Shown piece after piece: positions 38,684 through 51,389 of a stretch of DNA of 64,000 bases. The number at the start of each line of letters is the position of its first letter. The first letter of the stretch is position 1. Under the pieces are notes generated by a model. It was not told the DNA's origin, made no database searches, and was given only the letters and a program-made list of their open reading frames with translations. The translations under genes and the position numbers were made by a program. The stretch spans positions 4,590,001-4,654,000 of the forward strand of contig CM075995.1 in NCBI GenBank assembly GCA_038087875.1. Reading direction: 5' to 3'. Source of the stretch: Malacoraja senta. Its lineage: Eukaryota.

Positions 38684-40191
38684 AGTTGGAGGGAAATATT
38701 CAATGAGTTGGAGTCGCTACCTCGACTCCATACTATCCCCCTTGGTTAAATCCCTCCCCACCTATGTTCAAGACACCTCAGACACTCTCCGTCACCAAAT
38801 ACAAGGCGTAGCTATGGGCACACGCATGGGCCCCAGCTACGCCTGCCTCTTTGTCGGGTACGTAGAACAATCCCTGTTCAATGCGTACCAGGGCCCCATC
38901 CCCGACCTCTACCTCCGCTACATCGATGATTGTTTTGGTGCCACATCCTGCACCCACACACAACTGACTGACTTCATCCGCTTCACCACCAACTTCCATC
39001 CGGCACTTAAATACACCTGGACCATTTCCGACACTTCCCTACCATTCCTTGACCTCACTATCTCCATCGCAGGTGATAGACTCCTTACCGACATCCACTA
39101 CAAACCTACCGACTCCCATGGCTATCTGGACTACACTTCTTCCCACCCTGCTTCCTGTAAGGACTCCATCCCCCACTCCCAATTCCTCCGTCTACGCCGC
39201 ATCTGCTCCCAGGATGAGGCGTTCCACACCAGGGCATCTGAAATGTCCTCATTCTTCAGGGAACGGGGGTTCCCCTCCTCCACCATAGATGAGGCTCGCA
39301 CCAGGGTCTCTGCCATACCCCGCAACACTGCTCTCTCTCCCCATCCCCCCACTCACAACAAAGGCAGAGTCCCCCTAGTCCTCACCTTTCACCCCACCAG
39401 CCGTCACATACAACAAGTGATCCTCCGTCAGTTTCGCCACCTCCAACGTGACCCCACCACTCGCCACATCTTCCCATCTCCCCCTATGTCTGCCTTCCGC
39501 AAAGACCGCTCCCTCCGTAACTCCCTTGTCAATTCTTCCCTTCCCTCCCATACCACCCCCTCCCCTGGTACTTTCCCTTGCAACCGCAAGAGATGCAACA
39601 CTTGTCCCTTCACTTCCCCCCTCCACTCCATTCCAGGACCCAAGCAGTCGTTCCAGGTGCGACAGAGGTTCACCTGCATCTCCTCCAACCTCATCTATTG
39701 CATTCGCTGCTCTAGATGCCAGCTGATCTACATCGGTGAGACCAAGCGGAGGCTTGGCGATCGTTTCGCCGAACACCTCCGGTCGGTCCGCAATAACCAA
39801 CCTGAACTCCCGGTGGCTCAGCACTTCAACTCCCCCTCCCATTCCGTATCTGACCTCTCTGTCCTGGGTCTCCTCCATGGCCACAGCGAGCAACACCGTA
39901 AATTGGAGGAAATGCACCTCATATTCCGCTTGGGCAGTCTACACCCTGGTGGCCTGAACGTTGAATTCTCCCAATTCTGCTAGCCCTGGCTGTCCCCTCC
40001 CCTTCATCAGCCATCTGGTTGTCTCCTCCCCTCCCCCCACCCTCTGGCTCCTCCTCCTCCTTTTCCTTTTTTCCTTTCTTCTCCCCACCCCCTATCAGTC
40101 TGAAGAAGGGTTTCGGCCCGAAACGTTACCTATTTCCTTCGCTCCATAGATGCTGCTGCACCCGCTGAGTTTCTCCAGCATTTTTGTGTAC
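38684..40191 (+). mobile_element. Penelope-like element (partial RT with YIDD plus GIY-YIG endonuclease), 15-bp TSD
   Basis: 426-aa ORF at 38703-39983 with QGVAMG, RYIDD and IYCIRC...YIGET; TSD CTTCTATATTCAATG at 38669-38683 and 40192-40206. Confidence 0.93.
40100..40127 (+). ncRNA. Minimal hammerhead-ribozyme core in a Penelope tail
   Basis: CTGAAGA-A-GGGT(TTCG)GCCC-GAAA-CGTT; same core at 23973-24000 and 24673-24700. Stem I pairing is weak and activity is unproven. Confidence 0.55.
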
Positions 40192-40908
40192 CTTCTATAT
40201 TCAATGCTCTGATTTATAAAGGCCAGCACACCAAAAGCTTTCTTTACCACCCTATCTACATGAGATTCCACCTTCAGGGAACTATGCACAGTTATTCCTA
40301 GATCCCTCTGTTCAACTGCATTCCTCAATTCGCTACCATTTACCATGTACGTCCTATTTTGATTTGTCCTGCCGAGATGTAGCACCTCACATTTATCAGC
40401 ATTAAAACTCCATCTGCCATCTTTCAGCCCACTCTTCCAAATGGCCTAAATCTCTCTGTAGACTTTGAAAATCTACTTCATTATCCACAACACCACCTAT
40501 CTTATAAGTATCATCTGCATACTTACTAATCCAATTTTCCACACCATCATCCAGATCATTGATGTACATGGCAAACAACAGTGGACCGAACACAGACCCC
40601 AGACCAACACAGGTTTGTAAGTTAATTGGTTTTAGTAAAAAAATGTAAATTGTCTCTATTGTATTTCGGATAGTGTTCGTGTATCGTTGGGTGATCATTG
40701 GTCGGCACGGACTCAGTGGGCCGAAGTCATGTTTCTGCACTGTATCCCTAAAGTCGAAAGCAAGGATAAGCTGGAAAGCTCCCAGTAAATCAAACCAAAT
40801 TTACAATATTTTAAAAATTAAAAATTAACAACAATTTTTCCCCTCATCTGGATAAAAATGATAAAGAAACCTCAAGGTTGTGGTTCTAGCCCAGATCTCA
40901 TCTCCTAC

Positions 40909-41000
40909 CTGCAATTAGGATGTAGCTCACTGCTCGCTGCTTTATGTAATAATAATAGGGCTTTGTAACCTCCTGAAGAAACACTATGTCAGGACTGTAC
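40909..41000 (-). CDS. TDP2: TDP2 exon 4 (YSPDIVFLQEVTKPYYYYIKQRAVSYILIA)
   Basis: Acceptor ttttgtttttaaag, donor G|gtagga, 92 nt; LQE metal-binding motif. Confidence 0.96.
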
Positions 41001-41654
41001 CTTTAAAAACAAAAGAAATCCTGGTTAGACATTAAACTTCAAATTCCTGGGTGTGCATATTTCCAAAGACCTTTCCTGGACACAGGACACTGATGCAATT
41101 ATAAAGTAAGCACATCAGCCCCTCTACTTCCTGAGAAGATTACGGAGATTCGGTATGTCAAAGAGGACTCTCTTGAACTTCTACAGGTGTACAGTGGAGA
41201 GCATATTGATTGGTGGGATCATGGCAACTTGAACGTCCAGGAGCGGAAAGGACTGCAAAAAGTTGTGACCACTGCCCAGTCCATGACCGGCTCTGACTCC
41301 CCCACAATCGAAGGGATTTATCGGAGTCACTGCCTCAAATAGGGAGCCAGCATCATCAGAGACCCACACCATCCTGGCCACACACTCATTTCACCACTGC
41401 CATCGGGAAGAAGGTACAGGAGTCTGAAAACAGTAACGTCCAGGTTCAGGAACAGCTTCTACCCTACAGCCATCAGGCTATTAAACACAACAACCTGATA
41501 TAAGCTCTGAACTACAATAGACTACATATAGACTACAATATATATATGAGTATGTGTATATATAAACACTGAACTTTTTTTTCCTCTCTCTCGTTTATCA
41601 TGTTGTTCACAGTGGACTATGTTTACATATTTTGTCGTGCTGCAGCATGTATGA

Positions 41655-42360
41655 ATTTTTTTTTATTTTTTTTTATTTTTTATTTATTAGAAGTACATTA
41701 CATTACAATCACATACATTAGTACTCGTCACTTATATCTTCTTGCAATTAATGTACACCGTTTGTTTTTTACACTAGAAAAGGGAAAGGGTGAGATTGAG
41801 AGAAAGAAGAAGAAAGTGAAGGAAAAAGTGAAAGTGTAGAAATGTGACAACAAGAAAGAACGAAGACCCTATAAGAACAAAATTAAAAACAAAAGAAAAA
41901 GAGTTAAGAAATAGACCCTAGAAAAGAAAGAGAAAGAGAAAGAGGGAAAAGAGAAAAACAAATAGTTTTTATGAGCATTACACAAATGGGACATACCAAC
42001 TCTCCAACTTTCATCCCCCCTTACCTGACCTCAGTTTTTTTTTTAAAAGTACCTTTGCACCCTATTTTTGTAATAATTCTATAAATACAGACCACGTCAG
42101 GTGGAAGTGATCTGGTTTACCTGCCAGGAGGAGTCTTATCTCTTCTAGGTGTAATGTTTCGAACATATTTGAAATCCATATGTTTATAGTTGGTATTGGA
42201 GCCTTCTTCCAAAATTTTAGGATTAGCTTTTTTCCGGTTATTAACCCGTAGTCTATTAGTTTCTTTTGAAACACATTTAGTTCTGGACCATCTTCCGTTA
42301 TTCCGAAGATAATCCATTCTGCTTTGGGTATCAGTTTTATTTTAAATAATTTTGTAAAGG
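41655..42360 (-). mobile_element. L1/Tx1-type LINE 3' end
   Basis: IIFG...LITGKKLILKFWK...W...E C-terminal pattern, T-rich 3' UTR, A-rich tail. Confidence 0.6.
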
Positions 42361-42976
42361 CATGTATGAATTTCATTGTTCTATCTGGGGCATATGACAA
42401 TAAAACACTCTTGACTCTTGACTGAACACCTGATGTTCCAGAGAATACACCTTAGCTTGTGGAAGGACCGTTTAGTTGTCCGAGCACAATGGGGAAAGAA
42501 CCTATTCTGAATCTGGTGGTACGTGCTTTCAACCTTTCCCCAGGCAGCGTGAAGCGTACATGGAATCATGGATCGACCGGGCTAAAATTCACTGGAATTT
42601 CAAATGCTGAGAGCGGATCTTATAGAAACATCTACAATTTTTAAGGGATTGGACAGGCTAGATCCAGGAAAAATGTTCACAATGTTGGGACAGTCCAGAA
42701 CCAGGGGTCACAGTTTAAGAATATGGTGTAGGTCATTTAGGACAAATCTGAGGAAATACTTTTTCACCCAGAGAGTTGTGAATCTGTGGAATTCTCTACC
42801 ACAGAAGGCAGTGGGTCAATTCACTGGATGTATTCAAGAGAGAGTTAGATTTTGCTCTTAGGGCTAAGGGAATCAAGGGATATGGGGAAAAAGCAGGAAC
42901 AGTTTACTGATTTTGGATGATCAGCATGATCATATTGAATGGCTGTGCTGGCTCGAAGGGCTGAATGGACTACTGG

Positions 42977-45890
42977 TAGAAACATAGAAAATAGGTGCAG
43001 GAGGCGGCCATTCGACCCTTCGAGCCAGCACCGCCATTCATTGTGATCATGGCTGATCGTCCCCTATCAATTAACCGTTCCTGCCTTCTCCCCATATCCC
43101 TTGACTCCACTAGCCCCTAGAGCTCCATCTAACTCTCTCTTAAATCCATCCAGTGACTTGGCCTCTACTGCCCTCTGTGGCAGGGAATTCCATAAATTCA
43201 CAACTCTCTGGGTGAAAACCTTTTTTCTCACCTCAGTCTTAAATGACCTCCCCTTTATTCTAAGACTGTGGCCCCTGGTTCTGGACTCTCCCAACATTGG
43301 GAACATTTTTCCTGCATCTAGCTTGTGTTGCTCCTAATTCCCTCTTCCAAATCATGAATATATATGGTAAACAGTTGCGGCCCCAACACCGAGCCTTGCG
43401 GCACTCCACTCGCCACTGCCTGCCATTCTGAAAAGGACCCGTTCACTCCAACTCTTTGCTTCCGGTCTGCCAACCAATTTTCTATCCATGTCAACACCCT
43501 ACCCCCAATACCATGTGCTCTCATTTTAGTCACCAGTCTCCCGTGCGGGACCTTATCAAAGGCTTTCTGAAAGTCTAGATACACTACATCCATTGGCACC
43601 CCTTCATCCATTTTACTTGTCACATCCTCATAAAATTCCAGAAGATTAGTCAAGCATGATTTCCCTTTCATAAATCCATGTTGACTTGGATTAATCCTTT
43701 TACTGCTATCCAAATGCCCCATTATTACCTCTTTAATAATTGACTCCAGCATCTTTCCCACCACCGAAGTCAGGCTAACTGGTCTGTAATTCCCTGTTTT
43801 CTCTTTCGCTCCTTTCTTGAAAAGTGGGATAACATTAGCTATCCTCTAATCCACAGGAACTGATCCTGAATCTATTGAACATTGGAAAATGATCACCAAT
43901 GCGTCCACTATTTCTGGAGCCACCTCCCTGAGGACCCTGGGATGCAGACCATCAGGTCCAGGGGATTTATCACCCTTCAGTCCCATTAGCCTGCCCAATA
44001 GAAATGTGAAGAGAAAAAGATTAGTTAAAATGTGAAGAGAAAAAGATTAGTTAAAACAAATGTAGGTCCCTTGCAGGCAAAAACAGGTGAATTGATCATG
44101 GGGGACAAGGACATGGCAGACCAATTGAATAACTACTTTGGTTCTGTCTTCACTAAGGAAGACATAAATAATCTGCCAGAAATAGCAGGGGATCGTGGGA
44201 CAAATGAGATGGAGGAACTGAGTGAAATCCAGGTTAGCCGGGAAGTGGTGTTAGGTAAATTGAATGGATTAAAGGCCGATAAATCCCCTGGGCCAGATAG
44301 GCTGCATCCCAGAGTACTTAAGGAACTAGCCCCAGAAATAGTGGATGCATTAGTGATAATTTTTCAAAACTCCTTAGATTCTGGAGTAGTTCCTAATGTA
44401 ACCCCAATTGGGTAGCTAACGTAACCCCAATTTTTAAAAAGGGAGTTAGAGAGAAAACGGGGAATTACAGACCAGTTAGTCTAACATCGGTAGTGGGGAA
44501 ACTGCTAGAGTCAGTTATTAAAGATGGGATAGCAGCACATTTGGAAAGTGGTGAAATCATTGGACAAAGTCAGCATGGATTTACGAAAGGTAAATCATGT
44601 CTGACGAATCTTATAGAATTTTTCGAGGATGTAACTAGTAGAGTGGATAAGGGAGAACCAGTGGATGTGTTATATCTGGACTTTCAGAAGGCTTCCAACA
44701 AGGTCCCACATAAGAGATTAGTATACAAACGTAAAGCACACGGTATTGGGGGTTCAGTATTGATGTGGATAGAGAACTGGCTGGCAAACAGGAAGCAAAG
44801 AGTAGGAGTAAACGGGTCTGTAAACCCCTGCTATTTACAATATATATTAATGATTTGGACGAGGGAATTGAATGCAACATCTCCAAGATTTGCGGATGAC
44901 ACGAAGCTGGGGGGCAGGTTAACTGTGAGGAGGATGCTAGGAGGCTGCAAGGTGATTTGGATAGGCTGGGTGAGTGGGCAAATGCATGGCAGATGCCGTA
45001 TAATGTGGATAAATGTGAGGTTATCCACTTCGGTGGCAAAAACAGGAAAGTAGACTATTATCTGAATGGTGGCCGATTAGGAAAAGGGAAGATGCAACGA
45101 GACCTGGATGTCATGGTACACCAGTCATTGAAAGTAGGCATGCAGGTGCAGCAGACAGTGAAGAAAGCGAATGGTATGTTAGCATTCACAGCAAAGATTT
45201 GAGTATAGGAGCAAGAAGGTTCTACTGCAGTTGTACAGGGTCTTGGTGAGACCACACCTGGAGTATTGCGTACAGTTTTGGTCTCCAAATCTGAGGAAAG
45301 ACATTCTTGCCATAGAGGGAGTACAAAGAAGGTTCACCAGATGTCAGGACTTTCATATGAAGAAAGACTGGATAGACTCGGCTTATACTCGCTAGAATTT
45401 AGAAGATTGAGGGGGGATCTTATAGAAACGTACAAAATTCTTAAGGGGTTGGACAGGCTAGATGCAGGAAGATTGTTCCCGATGTTGGGGAAGTCCAGGA
45501 CAAGGGGTCACAGTTTAAGGATAAAGGGGAAATCTTTTAGACCAAGATGAGAAAAACATTTTTCACACAGAGAGTGGTGAATCTGTGGAATTCTCTGCCA
45601 CAGAAGGTAGTTGAAGCCAGTTCATTGGCTACATTTAAGAGGGAGTTAGATGTGGCCCTTGTGGCTAAAGGGATCAGGGGGTATGGAGAGAAGGCAGGTA
45701 CAGGATACCGAGTTGGATGATCAGCCATGATCATATTGAATGGCGGTGCAGGCTCGAAGGGCCGAATGGCCTACTCCTGCACCTATTTTCTATGTTTCTA
45801 TGCTTCTAATACTATTTCTCGCCTAATGAAAATTTCTTTCAGTTCCTCTACCCCCTTAGATCCTCCGTCCTCCAGTACATCTGGGAGGAC
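42977..45890. mobile_element. Nested CR1s: plus-strand copy (~44001-45801) inserted into a minus-strand copy
   Basis: RT motifs on both strands, each with its own 3' tail; the minus copy resumes after ~45805. Confidence 0.85.
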
Positions 45891-47170
45891 AGATATATCT
45901 CCTGCATCTCCTGCATCTATTTTCTGTTTCTATGAGTCGATGGTGGGGACGTTGGTCTCTGTAATGGGCTGGGCTACATCTACAACTCCCTGCAATTTCC
46001 TATAGTCTTGGACAAAGTTATTGACAAATCATACAGTGATTTATCCTAATAGGATGCCTTCTATCATGCATATGTAGAAGGTGAGAGTTGTTGGATATGC
46101 CGAACTTCCATAGACTTCTGAAAAAGTAGGAGCATTGGTATGTTTCTTGGCAGTAGCTTCAAATGAATGGAATGAATGAATGAATATTTATTATCACATG
46201 TGACAAGTCAATGTGAAATTCTTTGTTTTGCATACCCACGGTATGTAAAGAGTCGCCACATAAAGGGCACCGACAAAGTTACAAAGTATCCTGCACCAAA
46301 CCAAAGTATTGGCTGGTCCAGGACAAATTGTTGGTGATATTTTCACCATGGATCTTGATGCTCTATATACCACAATGATAACTCCAATCTATGCCGTACC
46401 ACAATAGATTGACCCGAAGGTTCTTTGCGGACGATAGTGAAGGATAACTCTGGAACTATGGAGGATAATATTTCCGACAAAGAAAGAAAATAAGAATACA
46501 ATGACTGGTGTGGAATCTCCAGGACATAGAAGTCGAGCTGAAATGAGCTTGGGGACATTTTAGTTTAATAGACAATCGGTGCAGGAGTAGGTTATTCGGT
46601 CCTTCAAGCCAGCAGCATCATCACTGTGATCATGGCTGATCATCCACAATCAGTACCCCTTTCCTGCCTTCTCCCCATATCCTTTGACTCCGCTATCTTT
46701 ATTTAGTTTAGTTCAGAGATGCCGCGCAGAAACAGGCCCGTTCGGCCCACTGGGTCTGTGTCGACAAGCGATCCCCGCACATTAACACTATCCGATACCC
46801 ACTAGGGACAATTTTTCCATTTACCAAGCCAATTAACCTACATAACTGTACGTCTTTGGAGTGTGGGAGCAAACCAAAGATCTCGGAGAAAACCCACGCA
46901 GGTCACGGGGAGAACGTAAAAACTTTGCACAGACAGCACCCGTAGTCAGGATCGAACTCGGGTTTCCAGCGCTGCATTCGCTGCAAGGCAGCAACTCTAA
47001 TGCTGCGCCACCGTGCCGCCCAAAAACTAAACTATCCATATTCTCCAGTGATGCTGCCTGACCCCCTGGGTTACCCCAGCACTTTGTGTTTTGCTATAAA
47101 TGTACTGCACTCCTAGATTCCAACCTCATCTATTGCATCCACACTTCGAGGTGTCAACTGCTCTACATCA

Positions 47171-48225
47171 TATAACCATATAACCATATAACAATTACAG
47201 CACGGAAACAGGCCATCTCGACCCTTCTAGTCCGTGCCGAACACGTATTCTCCCCTAGTCCCATATACCTGCGCTCAGACCATAACCCTCCATTCCTTTC
47301 CCGTCCATATAACTATCCAATTTATTTTTAAATGATAAAAACGAACCTGCCTCCACCACCTTCACTGGAAGCTCATTCCACACAGCCACCACTCACTGAG
47401 TAAAGAAGTTCCCCCTCATGTTACCCCTAAACTTCTGTCCCTTAATTCTCAAGTCATGTCCCCTTGTTTGAATCTTCCCTACTCTCAGTGGGAAAAGCTT
47501 ATCCACGTCAACTCTGTCTATCCCTCTCATCATTTTAAAGACCTCTATCAAGTCCCCCCTTAACCTTCTGCGCTCCAAAGAATAAAGCCCTAACTTGTTC
47601 AACCTTTCTCTGTAACTTAGTTGCTGAAACCCAGGCAACATTCTAATAAATCTCCTCTGTACTCTCTCTATTTTGTTGACATCCTTCCTATAATTAGGCG
47701 AGCAAAATTGTACACCATACTCCAGAATTGGCCTCACCAATGCCTTGTACAATTTTAACATTACATCCCAACTTCTATACTCAATGCTCTGATTTATAAA
47801 AGCCAGCACACCAAAAGCTTTCTTTACCACCCTATCTACATGAGATTCCACTTTCAGGGAACTGTGCACAGTTATTCCAAGATCCCTCTGTTCACCTGCA
47901 TTCTTCAATTCCCTACCATTTACCATGTACGTCCTATTTTGATTTGTCCTGCCAAGATGTAGCACCTCACACTTATCAGCATTAAACTCTATCTGCCATC
48001 TTTCAGCCCACTCTTCCAACCGGCATAAATCTCTCTGTAGACTTTGAAAATCTACTTCATTACCCACAGCCCCACCTATCTTAGTATCATCTGCATACTT
48101 ACTAATCCAATTTACCACACCATCATCCAGATCATTGATGTACATGACAAACAACAGTGGACCCGACACAGATCACTGTGGCACCCCACTAGTCACTGGC
48201 CTCCAACCTGACAAACAACCATCCA
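47171..48225 (-). mobile_element. CR1 3' fragment inserted in a Penelope fragment (Penelope resumes 48225-48675)
   Basis: 258-aa RT C-terminal ORF with YADD and (ataaccat)n tail; ctacatc|ggtgagacc is split by the insertion. Confidence 0.9.
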
Positions 48226-48806
48226 CATCGGTGAGACCAAGCGCAGGCTTGGCGATCGCTTCGGTTTGCACTAACCAACCTGATCTCCCGGTGGCTCAGC
48301 ACTTCAACTCCCCTTCCCATTCCGAATCTGACCTTTCTGTCCTGGGCCTCCTCCATGACCAGAATGAGTCCCACCGTAAATTGGAGGAGCAGCGCCTCAT
48401 ATTTCGCTTGGGTAATTTACACCCCAGCGGTATGAACATTGACATCTCCAATTTCAGGTAGTCCTTGCTTTCTCCCTCCTTCCCCTCCCCAGCTCTCCCA
48501 CAGCCTACTGTCTCCGCCTCATCCTTCTTCTCGCCCCACCCCCACATCAGTCTGAAGAAGTCTCGACACGAAACGTCACCTATTCCTTTGCTCCATAGAT
48601 GCTCCCTCACCCGCTTCTCCAGCATTTTTGTCTATCTTCGATTATTCCAGCCTCTGTAGTTCTTTCTTAAACATGTACTCCCAGATCCCTCTGCTCCAAG
48701 ACGCTCCCCAGAGTCCCCCCCCATTCACTATCTATACAAATAATGGGACAAATTATTTTAAGAATTAACTAGAGCTTGCTTATACGAGTGAAACAATTGT
48801 ACTTAC

Positions 48807-48968
48807 AGTGCCAGGCAGGAACAAACACCATGAGCTCGCTCCAGAAAGTCTATCTCATCAAGTCCATCCACGTTCCAGGTTAACAATGAGATGACACTTC
48901 CATCTAGTTGTAACTTTGCACCTTCTCCTTTGCTTGTTTGCACACGACTGGCATTTGATAAATCAAAG
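48807..48968 (-). CDS. TDP2: TDP2 exon 3 (FDLSNASRVQ...SLLTWNVDGLDEIDFLERAHGVCSCLAL)
   Basis: Acceptor aaatgcag, donor CT|gtaagt, 162 nt; TWNxDGLD motif. Confidence 0.96.
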
Positions 48969-49344
48969 CTGCATTTTTACAAAATCAACATGAAAGAGGC
49001 ATGGAGATGAACAGCTGTGCATCTGAATGTTTTACAATTTTATGGAATATTCCTCATGTTAGACATACGAATTCGGATGGAGAATTTTTTTGAGGATACT
49101 ATGGAAGCAGGAGATTTCTATCCAAACAAAACACCAACAATTAATGAAGAAAATTATTGTTTCTAGGTGTCCTGTGCAATGATTTCCAATGACCCGAACA
49201 TTTGAACTGGGAAATGACAAGGGGGGGTGTACGCGATTCGCATTTAAATGGTAAATAACTTTTACAAGATGGAATATTATCAATAAAAATGTTAAATCAG
49301 GCCTCCCAACTCCCAAACATCTATCTATCTATATCATACACCTG

Positions 49345-49905
49345 GCTACCCTCCCCCCACCTCCAGCACCCCCTACCCTCCATCTCCCTCCCCCACTCCC
49401 CCCTTCCTCCCTCTTTCCCCCCTCCTCCCCTCTCTGCCCCCTCCCTCCACCTCCCACCTCGTTCCCCCCTCCCCCTCACTCCACCTCTCCCACTTCCTTT
49501 GCCCCCCTCCCCTCCACCTCCCTCCCCCCCCTACCTGCCACCCCTCTGCCTTACCCCTTTCACCTGCCCCCTCCACCTCCTCCCCCAATCCTCTCCCCCC
49601 CCCGCCTCTTCCCCCTCTTTCCCTCCCCCACCCTCCCCCCTCTTTCCCCCGCCCCTCCCCCTCCCCCCTCCCTCTCTCCCCCCCCTCCCTCTCTCTCCCC
49701 CCCTCCCTCTCTCCCCCCTCCCTCTCTCTCCCTCCCTCTCTCTCTCTCTCCCTCTTCCCCCCCCTCCCTCTCTCCCCCCTCCCTCTCTCCCCCCCTCCCT
49801 CTCTCCCCCCCTCCCTCCCTCCCCTCCCTCTCACCCCCCTCCCTCTCTCACCCCCCCATCCCTCTCTCCCCGCCCCCATCCCTCTCTCCCCCCCCCTCCC
49901 TCTGT
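49345..49905. repeat. C/T-rich low-complexity tract (G/A-rich on the TDP2 sense strand)
   Basis: ~560 bp composed almost entirely of C and T. Confidence 0.95.
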
Positions 49906-50760
49906 CTTCAGTAAATAGCAAAGTGTCATGCATCAACCCTAATTTTAGCTGTTAAGTCACTGTGGACTTAGTTAATAATTATTTTTAGTTTAGTTTAGAG
50001 ACACAGCATGGAAACAGGCCCACCGAGTCCACGCCGACCAACAATCACCCCGTACACTAATTCTATCCTGCACACTAGGGACAATTTACAGAAGCCAATT
50101 AACCCACAAAACCTGCACATCGTTGGAATTTGGGAGGAAACCGGAGCACCTGGAGAAAACCCACACGGTCACAGGGAGAACGTACAAACTCCGTACAGAG
50201 AGCACCAGTAGTCAGTAAAGAAGGTCAAGAAGGGTCTTGACCCGAAACATCACCCATTCCTTCTCTCCAGAGATGCTCCCTGTCCCGCTGAGTTACTCCA
50301 GCATTTTGTGTCTACCAGTAGTCAGGATCGAAATCGGGTCTCTGGTGCTGTAAGGCAGCAAATCTACCGCTGCGGCATTGTGCTACTCGCTAACAACTAA
50401 ATACACAAACGAATCGCGCTTATACTATCTACCTGTGAGACCACTTTCAAGGACCTATGTACCTACATGCCTAGATTCCTCTGCTCTACAACACTCTCCA
50501 GGATCTTACCATTCACTGTGTAGGTCCTCCCTTGGACCTCCTGAGGAAAGTCCCAAGGTCCCCAAGGACTTCCCAAAATGCATCACATTGCACTTATTTG
50601 TGTTAAACTCCATTAACCATTCCTCAGCCCACTTGCCAACTGATCAAGATCCTGCTGTAAGTTTTTCATAACCATCATTACTATCTGCAATACCACACAC
50701 TTTAGTGTCATATGCAAATTTTGAACAAAGGTAAAACTCAAACTTTTCTGATTGCAATAA

Positions 50761-50839
50761 TTAGTTAAAAATCAAGGATATTACAGAGATAATTTACTTA
50801 AAGTAAATTATCTCTGTAATATCCTTGATTTTTAACTAA
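50761..50839. repeat. Perfect palindrome, 39-bp arms, 1-nt spacer
   Basis: 50761-50799 is the exact reverse complement of 50801-50839. Confidence 0.97.
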
Positions 50840-51291
50840 AGATACAGCGTGGATAAAGCCCACCAGATTTGCTTCGACTAGCGACCACGCATACACAAGC
50901 ACGGTCCTACACACAAGGGACAATTTGCAATTTTAACAAAGCCAATTAGCCTACAAATCTGTATATCTTTGGAGTCCGGAAGGAAACCGGAGCTCATGGA
51001 AAAAACCCACACGGTCACAGGGGCAACGTAAAAACTCTACAGACAGCTCCCGTAGTCAGGATCGAACCAGAGTCTCTGGTGCTGTCAAGCAGCAACATTA
51101 CTGCTCTGCCATCGTGCTGCCCCAATGTACAAAAGGACAGTTCTTCATCTCAACAGTGGTGATTTATAAATTTATAAAACTCATTCCAAATCTCTGCACT
51201 TTAAGCTTAATATTTCCCCTGTGAATATGCTACACTACGCTCAACCAAAGAATGACAATTGCAACAGTTAAGGTAAATGTGTGTATATTAC

Positions 51292-51389
51292 CACCTTTGG
51301 AAACCTGCTTGATTCAGAAACCATGGGGTAGCTTCCACGACAGAACAAGATGGCTGAAATGCAGCTTCAAAATAGGAGTTGATGGCTGT
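51292..51389 (-). CDS. TDP2: TDP2 exon 2 (TAINSYFEAAFQPSCSVVEATPWFLNQAGFQR)
   Basis: Acceptor ttatttgcag, donor TG|gtaata, 98 nt; AINSYFE corresponds to human ALNSYFE; phase joins exons 1 and 3. Confidence 0.9.

Larger units (their letters stand above)
38058..40600 (-). mobile_element. CR1 3' fragment split by a Penelope insertion
   Basis: The RT C-terminal frame is continuous across the removed insert (NQSIEYR / IEYRSWDV). Confidence 0.9.

Noticed and set aside
42977..45801. Twin-primed 5' inversion of a single CR1
   Set aside because: Each half has its own 3' tail and they differ in sequence; the minus copy resumes after the plus copy, so it is a nested insertion.
49289..49936. Long Pro-rich and Gly/Arg-rich ORFs
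   Set aside because: Artefacts of the C/T low-complexity tract, which has few stop codons.
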